64,000 nt of DNA from an uncultured delta proteobacterium (lineage in GTDB: Bacteria > Desulfobacterota > Desulfobacteria > Desulfobacterales > Desulfatirhabdiaceae): assembly GCA_963789395.1 (NCBI GenBank), contig CAWBKP010000014.1, positions 390,816 to 454,815 on the forward strand, given 5' to 3'. The notes under the pieces were generated by a model. It ran no database searches and had not been told where the DNA came from. It worked only from the letters and a program-made list of their open reading frames with translations. Positions 48,101 through 58,845 of the stretch are shown here, piece by piece (position 1 is the stretch's first letter; each line of letters starts with the position of its first letter). The translations under genes were made by a program, and so were the position numbers.

Positions 48101-50583
48101 TGGGTCCGGTAGGCGATCTGTTGCCGGGCACCCTTACCCGAACGCTGACCCACGGGTTGCTGGAATACGCCCGTGTCCGCGACCAGGATATGGCGCAGGG
48201 CCGGCGGACAGAAGGAGAAATCCGGGCGTCTTCCCTGCTGATCGGCACCGGATACACGGGGGTAAGCACCGAAGTCGGCGCGCGGTGCCTGCTGGATGCC
48301 CTGTGCCGTGCCAACCGCCGGCTGGCTGAAGCCGGCATGGCGCTGCGTATCGGCAGGATCAGCATATTTGAAGAACAGCAGGATATCGCCATCAATGCCG
48401 TGGAAGCCCTCCGGAATTTCGTCCGGGATCCCCAGTTTACGGATGCGGTAACCTTCGACGGTCTTCTGCGAACAACCCAAGGGGGCTACCCGGGACGGCG
48501 GACGACCGGAGGCGGACAAAGCCGATGGCAGCGGATGCACATTACCACCGATGCCGACGGCACGATGCGATTCACCCTGATCACGGATCGCGCCCGCAAC
48601 GAAGTCAGCGAGGAACCCGACCAGCGGCAGGCTGTCGACGGCCTGATCCGTTCGGCCACGTGCACTACGGCGGATAACCCCGGCCTGTCGCGTGCGCTTT
48701 TTGAGCTGATGGTTCCCAATGCGTTTAAAGAAACGGTATCGGATCTGGGCGGCCTGATGCTGGCCGTGGATACCCGGGCCGCCGCCTACCCGTGGGAACT
48801 CTTGCGCGAAACAGCCGATACCGGGGAACCGCCACTGGCTGCCCGCATCGGTATCGTGCGTCAGCTCGCCTCGCCCCACGGCCGCAGGCGGGTGCCCGTG
48901 GTCCAGAACAACCGGGTCTTTATCGTGGGAGACACCGATTCGGGCCTGGTTCCCCTGCCCGGCGCCGGTGAGGAAGCCAGGGAAATCGCCGATATATTCG
49001 GAAAGGCCGGCTATGCGGTAACCGCTTTATATCGGGAAACCGCCCATCGCATTTTCGAGTGCCTGTTTGACGGGCATTACCGATGCATCCATCTGGCCGG
49101 TCACGGTATCGTGTCCGAACCCCCTGCCGGATACACCGGGATGGTGATCGGACACAACATCTATCTGACCACCGCCCAGATCCGCAAACTCAGGCGCGTG
49201 CCTGAGTTTGTTTTCATCAATTGCTGTCATCTGGGCAGCATGGGTCCGGATACACGGCCCCGCTGGGGAAAACTGGCCGCAAATCTCGCCACCGAATGTA
49301 TCGAAATGGGGTGCCGGGCGGTCATCGCCGCCGGCTGGGCAGTGGACGATCTGGCGGCCGGCACCTTCGCCCGTATCTTTTACACCGCCATGCTGAAGGG
49401 GGAGCGCTTCGGCGAAGCGGTCCGTCTGGCACGTGCGGAAACCTTTGACCGCCAGCCCGGCGTCAATACCTGGGGGGCTTTTCAGGCTTATGGGGACGAG
49501 CGCTATCAGTTTGTAACCATTCAGCCCGAATGGCGGGCGCCGGACTATGTCCACATCAGTCACCTTTCGCTTGATCTCGACATGCTCATTGCGCGGCTCA
49601 AAGGGGCGACACAGGCAGAGCGGAAAAGCCGCGAAAGTGAGCTGGAAACCATCGAAGCATGCGTTCAGGCCCGCTACTTCGGCCAGGCAATCATCCGCGA
49701 AAAGCTGGGAACCGCCTGGGCGGAGCTGGGCAGGACGCACCGCGCCATCGGTCACTATCGCGCCGCACTGGTTCAGGAAGACGCGGGCTTCAGTCTGCAC
49801 GCATTGGAACAGCTTGCAAATCTGGAGATTCGCCACGGCGCAGACCTGCTGACATCAACGGATAAAAAGCACCGGGCAGAAGGCAACGATTCTATGCAAT
49901 CCGGTTTGGATCGCCTCGAACGCCTGCTGGAACTGGGACACACCGTGGAGCGCCTGTCGCTGATGGCGTCCTACTGGAAACGCAGGGCCCGGGTGCTGCG
50001 CTCCGAAGGAAAGAACAAGGAAATCAAGCAAGCCCTGCTCCACATGGAACAGGCCTATTGGGACGCGACCGATGCGTCCCTGCGCCGATACGGCAACAGG
50101 GACTACTATCCCTTGATCAATGCCCTGGACGGCGCATTTCTGAATGCCACCCGTGGCCAGACCCGCTCCTTTGATGACCACCGCGACCGGTTGCGCGCGC
50201 TGCTCGATGCCATCATTGCCGACGGCCGGCATCGCTATGCCGAGAATCCCTCGGTTTTCCACGCCCTGGCAGCGGTGGAGGCCGGACGGATCGATGCCCT
50301 GTGGGCGTGTCTGGACGGCCGGCCGCAAGCAGGTATCACCCGGGCCGAGATCCGGAACGGGCTTGCCGCCCGCTACAGCGACCTGATGGTTCGCCTGGGC
50401 ACGGTTCGGGAACAAGACTCGGCCACCAGCCAGCTGCGGTTTCTCATCGCCATGCTGCCGGCGAATGACACGGGAAACCCCATCAGAAAAGCCCTGCAGC
50501 ACCTGATCGATGGCATCGACAATCGCATTGCCGAAAGGACATCGCCCGCGGCAAGGGTCGATAGCGGGTTCCTTTCCCCATAA
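45200..50583 (+). CDS. ~1,800-aa protein: two alpha/beta-hydrolase (lipase-like) domains + CHAT caspase-like protease + TPR-like tail (frameshift ~46540)
   Basis: IHGTASS..VSHCRGG; LPGIMGS..YDWR..AHSMGG..LGTP..GDGRV..HGDL; ELMVP..YPWELL..IHLAGHG..FINCCH; RBS before ATG 45200. Confidence 0.85.
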
Positions 50584-50604
50584 AACGGATCCGAAGGAGA
50601 CAGC

Positions 50605-51966
50605 ATGAACACAGCCGCCTGGAAAAAATTGCTCACCCAGATCAGCAAGGGATATGTCGTTCCCGTGATCGGCAACCGGTTGCTGGTCGACAAAGACGGG
50701 GCGTCCCTGCAGCGGAAGATTGCCGAAAAGCTCCTGGCGTATTACAGCCTTCCTGTGGATCCGCCCCTGGCTCTTTTCCATGAATTGAACGATGCCGTTT
50801 CGCGGCTGAGACTGAAAACCGGCACCAACCTTGAGGACCTGTATATCGACATCGACGGCGTCATCGGGGAGCTGACCGCCAGCGATGCGGATATTCCCGT
50901 CCCGATCCAGCAGCTTGCCGAGATAAAAGACTTTCGTCTGTTCGTGACGCTGACACCGGATGACATGCTTGCCCGGTGCCTGCGCCAGTATTACGAAGTG
51001 AATGAAATCGTGCATTCGCCCAAGCTGCCTGCCTGTGAGGCCCGCGACCTTCCGGCGGACTGGCAGAGCCGTTCCGGCCAAGTGCAGCTCCTGTATCTGT
51101 TCGGCAAGTCCGAACCGGCGCCCGTATACGCAATCCACGACGAGGATCTTCTGGAATACGCCCACAACGTCATCACCCGTGGCAAACTTGTGCCCAAGGG
51201 CTTTCTGAACGAACTGCAGGACCGTAACCTGCTCCTGATCGGGTGCAACTTCCCGGACTGGTTAAGCCGATTCTTTCTGCGCGTAACCAGCCAGAACCGG
51301 CTGTCGGAAATATCCAACCGCAAATACCTGATCATTGACGAGCTTGAACCCGGGGAAAGCCTGGCCTGCTTCCTGCGCTGCTTCTGCAGGGACACCGAAA
51401 TTCTGTCGCAGATTCCGCCGGTGGCCTTTGTCGCCGATCTTTACCAGCACTGGCAGGACGATCAGCCCGTTCTGCCGCCGCGGCCCGGGGAAGCCGTGCC
51501 GCGCGGGGCGATGTTTTTCATCAGCTATTCTCGCTGCACCGACCTGCCTCGTGCAGAAAGACTGTATCAGGCACTGCTTGCGCACGGCGTCAAAGAAAGC
51601 GAAGTGTGGTTCGATCGCAAAAGCATCGAGCCCGGAAATGTCTTTCGCCGGCGCATCCTCGATGGTATCTGGTCCTGCAGCTACTTTATTCCCCTGTTGT
51701 CCGTATCCGCCAATACGCGCAAAGAGGCATTCGTGTTCGGGGAGTGGCGGGAGGCCAACGAACGCAAGCAATACATGAAATGCGAATTTATCATTCCGGT
51801 GGTTGTCGATGCGGACTTCGATCCCATGCGCTACACGGCTGATGACATCGTTCAGGAATGGAAACAGCTTGATTTCGGTCACGCTCCTGATGGCGTACCC
51901 GATGCACGAACGACGGAAAAGCTGAGAGCTCTCGTGCGTGAAGCCAGACGGGGAAAGGAGAACTGA
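50605..51966 (+). CDS. Degenerate SIR2-like domain fused to C-terminal TIR domain
   Basis: VVPVIG..FVTLTPD..YLFGK..LLLIGCNFPDW; FFISYSR..WFDR..FIPLLS..FGEW. Confidence 0.82.
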   Translation: MNTAAWKKLLTQISKGYVVPVIGNRLLVDKDGASLQRKIAEKLLAYYSLPVDPPLALFHELNDAVSRLRLKTGTNLEDLYIDIDGVIGELTASDADIPVPIQQLAEIKDFRLFVTLTPDDMLARCLRQYYEVNEIVHSPKLPACEARDLPADWQSRSGQVQLLYLFGKSEPAPVYAIHDEDLLEYAHNVITRGKLVPKGFLNELQDRNLLLIGCNFPDWLSRFFLRVTSQNRLSEISNRKYLIIDELEPGESLACFLRCFCRDTEILSQIPPVAFVADLYQHWQDDQPVLPPRPGEAVPRGAMFFISYSRCTDLPRAERLYQALLAHGVKESEVWFDRKSIEPGNVFRRRILDGIWSCSYFIPLLSVSANTRKEAFVFGEWREANERKQYMKCEFIIPVVVDADFDPMRYTADDIVQEWKQLDFGHAPDGVPDARTTEKLRALVREARRGKEN

Positions 51967-51969
51967 GCT

Positions 51970-54900
51970 ATGGAGAACACCCCTGGCCTGTCCCGCCGCC
52001 CCCCCCGGATCGATGCCCAAAACCCCTGGCCCGGTTTGGCGGCATACGACGAGGCATCCATGGCGTTCTTCTTCGGCCGGGAAACGGAGGTGGCAGCGCT
52101 GATGCAGTATATCCGCCACTCCCCGATTACGGTGTTGTACGGCAAATCGGGCCTTGGCAAGAGCTCGCTGCTCCAGGCCGGGTTGATTCCCAAACTGAGG
52201 GAGGCGCATTTTCTGCCTGTTTACCTGCATGTCGATTTCTCGGAAAAGGCGGACTTGTCCGCCTTTTGAGCAGGTGTTGCAGCGGCTTGAAGCGGAAATG
52301 AACAGGGGGAAAGCGGAATTTCCGTCTCCCGCACCCGGAGAGGGCCTGTGGCAATACCTGCACCGCAAGGATCTGGAGATTTGGAGCCCGGACAATTTTT
52401 TGCTTACACCCGTGCTGATATTTGACCAGCTTGAGGAGCTCTTCTATCGCAGCCGCGGCAGCTGCGGCCATATCCAGAAGGTTCTCGACGATCTGGCCGA
52501 TCTGATCGAGAACCGCATTCCTACCGGAACTGGCTGCTGCCGACCATGTGCAGCACGACCAGACAGACATGTTTTCTCAGCGCTACCACATCCTGCTGGC
52601 CTTCCGCGAAGATTTCCTGCCGGAAATCGACACCTGGAAGGACAGGGTCCCGTCGTTGCTTCACGAACCGGCTTCGCCTGCTGCCCATGTCGCGCGAGCA
52701 GGCAATCGCGGCTACCCGACAGGCCGGAGCGGCGATCCTGGAGGACGGCGTGGCCGCCCGCATCGTCGATTTTGTCGCCAACGCCAATGAGGCGGCAGGT
52801 GACAGCAAAAAGGCTGTTGACGTTGAACCCGTCCTCCTCAGCCTCTGCTGCTATCAGCTCAATCTCAAACGCATTCACGCCGATGCCGAAAAAAATCGAC
52901 GCGACCCTGGTCGCTCACTCGGCACAGAACATACTGGAAGCCTTCTATCAGGAAGCGATTCGCGGCATGCCGGAAAATGTTCCGCTGTTTTATCGAGAAC
53001 CATCTGATTCAGGGCAATGACCGGGGCTGTTATGCTCTCAAGGGCGCTCTTGACGAAAATCTGATTCAGCAGGACGATCTGAATACGCTGATCAGCAGGT
53101 TCCGCCTGCTGCGGGTGACCCAGCAGGCGGACACCGCACGCATCGAGCTGATCCATGACCGGCTGGTGGGGGTTGTGCGCAAATCGCGCGATGAACGGCT
53201 GGCCGCGGCACGCGAACAGAAGGAACTGCAACTGCGGAAAGAAGCCGAACGGGAAGCGCAAAAAGAGCGCAAGAGACGCGAGCTGGCGGAGCAGGAACGG
53301 GAACGGGAGATCCGGATGCGCAAAAGACTCGTGTGGCTTACGAGCCTGTTTGTGACGGTACTGATTGTTGCCTGTGGCATGGGAATTTTTTTGTACACAC
53401 TGACAGAAAGCGCAAAAACGCAACAAGTGGCGGCCCAAAGAACAAGCCGAATTCCTGGATATCAGCCGTCGTCAGGCCATCGGGTTGCGCTTGATAGCCG
53501 AAGCCCAGTCCATGCTCTCCGGCGCCCGCATCGAAGACGATTCGCGGGCCTTTCTCCAGCTTCTGGCCGCGCAACAACTCATGCCTGATGTAAAAAAATA
53601 TTGCAAGGAGAATCTGATTGACGCCCTGCTCAAGCGCCGGGGCCTTGTCAAATTGATGGTGGCCGACTCCCCGGTGATGGCGGTGGCCTTCAGCCCCGAT
53701 GGTCATCTCGTCGTTTCCCGTTATTACGACGGGTCGCTGCACCTGTGGGACCCGGCCGCGGGCCGGCTTTTGGGCAACCCGCCTGCCGGATACGAGGCGG
53801 CCGTGCCGTGTAAGAAGCCGTCAGCCCCGACGGCAGCCCGCATCGTCTACCGAAACCCTGACAGGACCATCCGCCTCTGGGATGCGACCACCGGGCAGCC
53901 CGTTGGCCGCGCGTTCAGAGGGCACGAGGGTGATGTGAACAGCGTGGCCTTCAGTTCAGACAGCCGCCTGATCGTTACCGGCAGCAGTGACACTACCCTG
54001 CGCCTGTGGGACGCATTTACCGGTCTGTCTCTCGGCCCGGCGCTGCCGTCTCACAAAAGCGGTGTGACCTGCGTGGCCTTCAGCCCCGACGGAAACCGCA
54101 TCGCCTCCGGCAGCTGGGACAAAACCTTGCGCCTGTGGGAACTCACCTACGCCATCCCGATGCGGGGCCATGATGACTGGGTCAACAGCGTAGCGTTCAA
54201 CCCTGACGGCAGCTGTATCGTCTCGGGCAGCGGAGACAGCACCTTACAATTGTGGGACACCGCCACCGGACAGCCTGTCGGCGAACCGATGCGGGGGCAC
54301 ACGGACAGGGTTGAATGCGTGGCCTTCAGCCCCGACGGAAAGCGCATCGCCTCCGGCAGCAAGGACAACACGATTCTCCTGTGGGATACAGGCACCCGCA
54401 GGCCTTTATTTAACCAGCTGACCGGGCACAACAGGCCAGGTGAACAGCGTGGCGTTCAGCCCCGACGGCAGCCGTCTCGTCTCCGGCGGTGCGGACAGCA
54501 CCCTGCGCCTGTGGGACACGAAAAACGGTGAATCCATCGGCGAGCCGTTGAAAGGACATACAGAATGAAGTAAAAAGCGTGGCTTTCAACCATACCGGCA
54601 GCCGCATCGTCTCGGGCAGCGGGGACACCACCGTGCGCCTGTGGGATGCAGTCACCGGGAGATCCGGTCGGCAAGCCACTGGAAGGGCACCAGGGATGGG
54701 TGATGAGCGTCGGCCTTCTCCCCTGACGGCAGCCGCATCGTCTCGGGCAGCAGGGACACCACCGTGCGCCTGTGGGATGCAGTCACGGGAAATCCGGTCG
54801 GCAAGCCACTGGAAGGACACGAGGATATGGTGTGGAGCGTTGCCTTCGGCCCGGACGGCAGTTACATCGTTTCCGGCAGCGGGGACACCACCGTGCGCCT

Positions 54901-55204
54901 GTGGGATGCAGTCAGCGGCCAGCCCGTCTGCCAGCCCCTGAAAGGACATGACAGTGCGGTGTCTTGCGTGGCCATCAACCCCGACGGCAGCCGCATCGTC
55001 TCCGGCGGCGGGGACACCACCCTGCGCCAGTGGCCCGTCTTCAGGGACCTGCCCGAGGCGCTCTGTAAAAAGCTCACCCGCAACATGAGCCGCAGGCAAT
55101 GGCGCGAGTGGGTGGATCCGGGTATCGACTACACATGTCAGTGCCCCGGCCTGCCCATCCCGTCGGAGGATCCATCCATTCCGGCTTCAACAACATGCCG
55201 GTGA
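51970..55204 (+). CDS. nSTAND1-type NTPase + coiled coil + TM helix + WD40 repeats (many frameshifts)
   Basis: NPWPGL..FFGRE, GKSGLGKS, LIFDQLEE, FREDFL, ELIHDRL, E/R/K coil, TM LVWLTSLFVTVLIVACGMGIFL, ~10 GH..VAFSPDG..SGS.D.T.RLWD units. Confidence 0.85.
54596..54914 (+). repeat. Near-identical ~129-bp WD40-coding tandem repeats
   Basis: 33-mer GGGACACCACCGTGCGCCTGTGGGATGCAGTCA identical at 54622, 54753 and 54882. Confidence 0.85.
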
Positions 55205-55243
55205 AGACAATGATCCAGCAACCTGTTCACAAAGGAGGGTATC

Positions 55244-56059
55244 ATGGCGAAAAAAGCACTGTGTGTGGGAATCAACGATTATCCGGGCGAGGGGTCCGAC
55301 CTGAACGGCTGCGTCAACGACGCAAAAGCCTGGGCCGATTTGCTTATCAAGAACTATTCCTTTCCATCCGGCAGCGTGACCCTGCTGCTCGACGCCAATG
55401 CAACCAAAGCGGCGATCCTGGACGGGCTCAAGAAGCTTCTGGCCGGCGCCAAATCCGGCGATGTGCTGGTCTTTACCAATTCATCCCACGGCACGTACCT
55501 GGCCGACACGGACGGCGACGAGCCACTCTACGACGAAGCCATGTGCCCCTTTGACTGCGACATCAACCTGATCATCGACGACGAACTTCGCGGGATTTTT
55601 TACGGCCTGCCCAAAGGGGTTTCACTCAGCGTCATCTCCGACTCCTGCCACTCGGGCACCGTTACCCGCGCGGCTCTCACTGAAAACATCCCGGGTCTGA
55701 AGACGCCGGACGATCGCAGGGTCCGTTTTCTAAATCCCGCGCTGATCGGCAAATCCGTTCTTGCCAACCCCTTTCAGGCCATTGTCCGCACCAGGACCAA
55801 ATACCCCCAGTCGAAAATGAAGGAGGTTCTGCTTTCCGGCTGCACTTCCAGCGAATATTCCTATGACGCGCTGATCGGCGGAAAGTATCACGGTGCCATG
55901 ACGTATTTTGCCATCCAGGCAATCAAGGAGGCCAACTGCGACATCACGTTTTCCCAGCTGCGCAGCCGGCTGCTCCATCTGCTGGATGAAGCCGGATATC
56001 CGCAGCACCCGCAGCTTGAGGGCAGCACGGCCCATAAAAAGAAGCGCATTTTCACCTGA
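55244..56059 (+). CDS. Metacaspase (peptidase C14)
   Basis: KALCVGINDY, LNGCVNDA, SSHGT, DEAMCP.D, IIDDEL, SDSCHSG, GAMT, QHPQL. Confidence 0.93.
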   Translation: MAKKALCVGINDYPGEGSDLNGCVNDAKAWADLLIKNYSFPSGSVTLLLDANATKAAILDGLKKLLAGAKSGDVLVFTNSSHGTYLADTDGDEPLYDEAMCPFDCDINLIIDDELRGIFYGLPKGVSLSVISDSCHSGTVTRAALTENIPGLKTPDDRRVRFLNPALIGKSVLANPFQAIVRTRTKYPQSKMKEVLLSGCTSSEYSYDALIGGKYHGAMTYFAIQAIKEANCDITFSQLRSRLLHLLDEAGYPQHPQLEGSTAHKKKRIFT

Positions 56060-56144
56060 AGCAGTCTCAAGGGGAATACCTCACGGCGCCTGCTTTCCAA
56101 AGAATGCGCCTTACCGGTTGCGTTTCACGCAGTGCAGGGTTCGA

Positions 56145-56789
56145 TCATCGCGGTGAAAAAAACGGCCGGGCCTGTGCCTGCCGGGCATAGGCAGGCGCCT
56201 CGACAGGGCCGTTTACAGACGGGTTGTCCACCCATTTCTTAGCAAAACCGAAGACGCCCCAGTCCCGGTATTGCTGCACATGGTAGAGTTCGTGCGCCCA
56301 AAGCGCCCCGTCGTTGGCCAGATCATCGCTGCGGAAGATGACGGCATTCATCACGGTAATGGCCAGGGTGTCGGCGCCGAAATTCATATTGGCGTCCTGA
56401 AGAAAACGCAGTATGGGCTCCTGAATCCGAATCCAGCGCACCGCGTTCAGCAGTTCGTCCGGATACCATCGCCGGAGCGTTTTGCGAAGATGCGCCGGGA
56501 TGGGGCGTCCGCCGCCGGCCATGACCGCGTCATGGGTTGCGATGATTCCGGCGGCAACGGTCAGATACGGCCACTGCCCGGAATCCTGAAGCAGTTCCAT
56601 GGCCTTGTCCGGGTTCTTGTCAATGAACTCGAAAACATCGCCCAGCGTGGGACTCCCGTTGGAATCGATACTGCCATCCGGCGTCACGACCAGCCGGCTT
56701 GGATCTTTTCCATTTTTTCCGGCGCCCGCTTCCGAATCCTTGCTGCTCACGGGCAACAGCACGGCCAGAGCGACCAGACACGCGACCAC
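56145..56789 (-). CDS. Exported DUF4157-like zinc metallopeptidase-domain protein
   Basis: Signal-like N-terminus, AITVMNAVIF, WAHELYHVQQY, VEAPAY; start uncertain. Confidence 0.72.
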   Translation of the reverse strand: MVACLVALAVLLPVSSKDSEAGAGKNGKDPSRLVVTPDGSIDSNGSPTLGDVFEFIDKNPDKAMELLQDSGQWPYLTVAAGIIATHDAVMAGGGRPIPAHLRKTLRRWYPDELLNAVRWIRIQEPILRFLQDANMNFGADTLAITVMNAVIFRSDDLANDGALWAHELYHVQQYRDWGVFGFAKKWVDNPSVNGPVEAPAYARQAQARPFFSPR

Positions 56790-56840
56790 AAGAGCGATAT
56801 GCGCTTTAAAATGATCTTCCCCCCTTGAACGTTTCCAGGT

Positions 56841-57485
56841 CTAATATCCCAGATCATCGCCCACAAGCTTGACATGAATACGGTCCTTGATCATGTGCCC
56901 TTCAATGATGCTCCACATGTTACAGATACGCTGGGGAGATTTGCAGTCCGAGCACAGTCCGGTTTCCACACAGGGGGTATCGATACCGATTCTGGCGGCA
57001 TTCACCGGCGCCGCATAATGCTTGACACGCGCCATGGCCGATTCCAGATCCGCTGCAATCTTGTTGATTCCCATCACCAGAATGACCTTCCGGGGTCCAA
57101 ACGCCATGGCCGCAACCCGGTTTCCCATGCCGTCCAGATTGACCAGCTTTCCATCCAGGGTGATGGCATTGGAGCTGGCAATCATGACATCGGCCGTCAT
57201 GCCCTTTCGCCTGAGTTCCAGTCCCTCTTCCGGGGTGATTCCCGCCAGATACGGATCGATGATTTCAATTCCGGGCATCCCGGCCATTGCTTCCCACAGC
57301 CCCATGTTTGTGGTTGTCATTGAACCACCGCGATACACGATGGCGCCTTCCGGAATCATGGAAAGGATTTCGTCCCTGGCCTGAGCGGCCGTGGCCGCAT
57401 AACTTCCCGCCATTCTGCGTTTTTCCAGATTCCGGATGATTTTCGCTGCAACCCTCTCCCCCCACTGGCTCTGATTCTTATCCAT
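56841..57485 (-). CDS. LUD-domain (lactate utilization-like) protein
   Basis: GGSMT, SSNAITLDGKLVNLDGMGNRVAA, GINKI, C..TG.C.DC.SPQRIC. Confidence 0.85.
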   Translation of the reverse strand: MDKNQSQWGERVAAKIIRNLEKRRMAGSYAATAAQARDEILSMIPEGAIVYRGGSMTTTNMGLWEAMAGMPGIEIIDPYLAGITPEEGLELRRKGMTADVMIASSNAITLDGKLVNLDGMGNRVAAMAFGPRKVILVMGINKIAADLESAMARVKHYAAPVNAARIGIDTPCVETGLCSDCKSPQRICNMWSIIEGHMIKDRIHVKLVGDDLGY

Positions 57486-57900
57486 GCTGTTTCTCCGTTC
57501 CGTCCGAATTTTGTTCTTTTGCAAATTCATCAATTATCGGAACAAGCTGTTATTTCCCGGTTTGCATGATGCTTTATGCTCAGGCATACAGATATTATCC
57601 GAAACCACGGCATTTATATCAAGTACGGATTTATATATATTCGATCGTACTGTTAAAAGCAAAGCGTTGAACAGGATTTGACATTATGAAATTCATGCAA
57701 ATGCTATGCTAAACAATCATGTACCAGGTGCAACTAACCCCCAGACATGAATGATATTTACCGCTCTTGTACGGGCTCCTTTCTCCAGAATTCATCTTCA
57801 CGGTATTTTTTCATTCATCTTTTCATGTCTCAGTTTCTTTGTCGCTGCCGACCACTTTCTTCATCACCTGCAACCAACAATCATCGAGGGGGAGGTAATA

Positions 57901-58368
57901 ATGGAAAACTTATTATTATTGGCCCATCCCGCCACCGGTGGACTTGCAACGCTCGCTGCACTGTGGGTCTTTGTGGACACGCTGAACGCCGGCAGCGCGT
58001 CTGAAGCGCGGATAAAAAAAGTCAGCCTGATTTGTGCGGGATTAATCTGGCTTACCTATTTTCTTGGCGGGTATCTATACGTAATGGATTATGCCGCGGA
58101 CAAGGAAATTATCAAAGCAGGTCCCTGGGCTTTCGGGCATAATTTTTTCATGGAAGTGAAAGAACATGTTTTTCTGATGCTTCTCTTGCTTGCCACGTAC
58201 CTTCCGATCGCCGCCTTTGACAACATCGGTTCCAATAAAGCCGCCAGAAAAATCGTTCTGTGGGTATCGGGCCTGATAATCCCCACGTCTTTATCAATGG
58301 AGGGTTCCGGAGCCATCATCAGCCTGGCTGTTAAAATCGGGTTGCTGTTTAAAATGAAAGGGGGCTAA
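57901..58368 (+). CDS. Hypothetical 4-TM membrane protein
   Basis: RBS GGAGG before ATG 57901; hydrophobic helices; HNFFMEVKEH. Confidence 0.7.
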   Translation: MENLLLLAHPATGGLATLAALWVFVDTLNAGSASEARIKKVSLICAGLIWLTYFLGGYLYVMDYAADKEIIKAGPWAFGHNFFMEVKEHVFLMLLLLATYLPIAAFDNIGSNKAARKIVLWVSGLIIPTSLSMEGSGAIISLAVKIGLLFKMKGG

Positions 58369-58370
58369 CC

Positions 58371-58715
58371 ATGGAACAGACTGAACTTGGAAAATATACA
58401 AGATCCTTTGGCCTCTCCTTAGGGATCACCAGCTTATTCAGCGCACTTCTTGTCATAATAAAAGAAACCCATGAGGAAACCGTTCTTGCATGGATGAAGA
58501 CTGCCACGCTGCATCACTGGGTCACTCACGGATTAATCAACCTTGCGCTTTTCGTGGTGCTGGGATGGGCGCTGTCGCGACCAAACAACGGCAATGGCAT
58601 AAGAATATCACCAAATGCCCTTTCAATTATGCATTGCCGGGGCTGTCGTTATCAGCGGCGTATTGATCGCAGGCTTTTTTCGATGAAAAAAAGTGCTACT
58701 GATAAGCCCATTTAA
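58371..58715 (+). CDS. Hypothetical small membrane protein (probable frameshift ~58625)
   Basis: Starts 2 bp after the previous gene; TM helices; HHWVTHG. Confidence 0.6.
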   Translation: MEQTELGKYTRSFGLSLGITSLFSALLVIIKETHEETVLAWMKTATLHHWVTHGLINLALFVVLGWALSRPNNGNGIRISPNALSIMHCRGCRYQRRIDRRLFSMKKSATDKPI

Positions 58716-58764
58716 ATACTTTCCGACAATGTGGTCTCATGTGCGGATTGTAGGTACGAAAATC

Positions 58765-58800
58765 AAGGCCCCTGTTCCGGTGAATGGGGGCTTTTTTATT
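58765..58800 (+). terminator. Intrinsic terminator
   Basis: GCCCCTGTTC-CGGT-GAATGGGGGC followed by TTTTTT. Confidence 0.7.
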
Positions 58801-58845
58801 TGATTCCCTGCTGCTATATATGTATTCTGTTTCGGGGGTGATGAC

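Noticed and set aside
54596..54914. CRISPR array or DGR template/variable repeats
   Set aside because: Repeats are in-frame WD40 units; no unique spacers, cas genes, reverse transcriptase or adenine-specific mismatch pattern.
44553..56144. Gasdermin or CBASS cyclase as substrate or partner of the caspases
   Set aside because: No such ORF is recognisable in or beside the operon; 44553-45199 has no convincing CDS.
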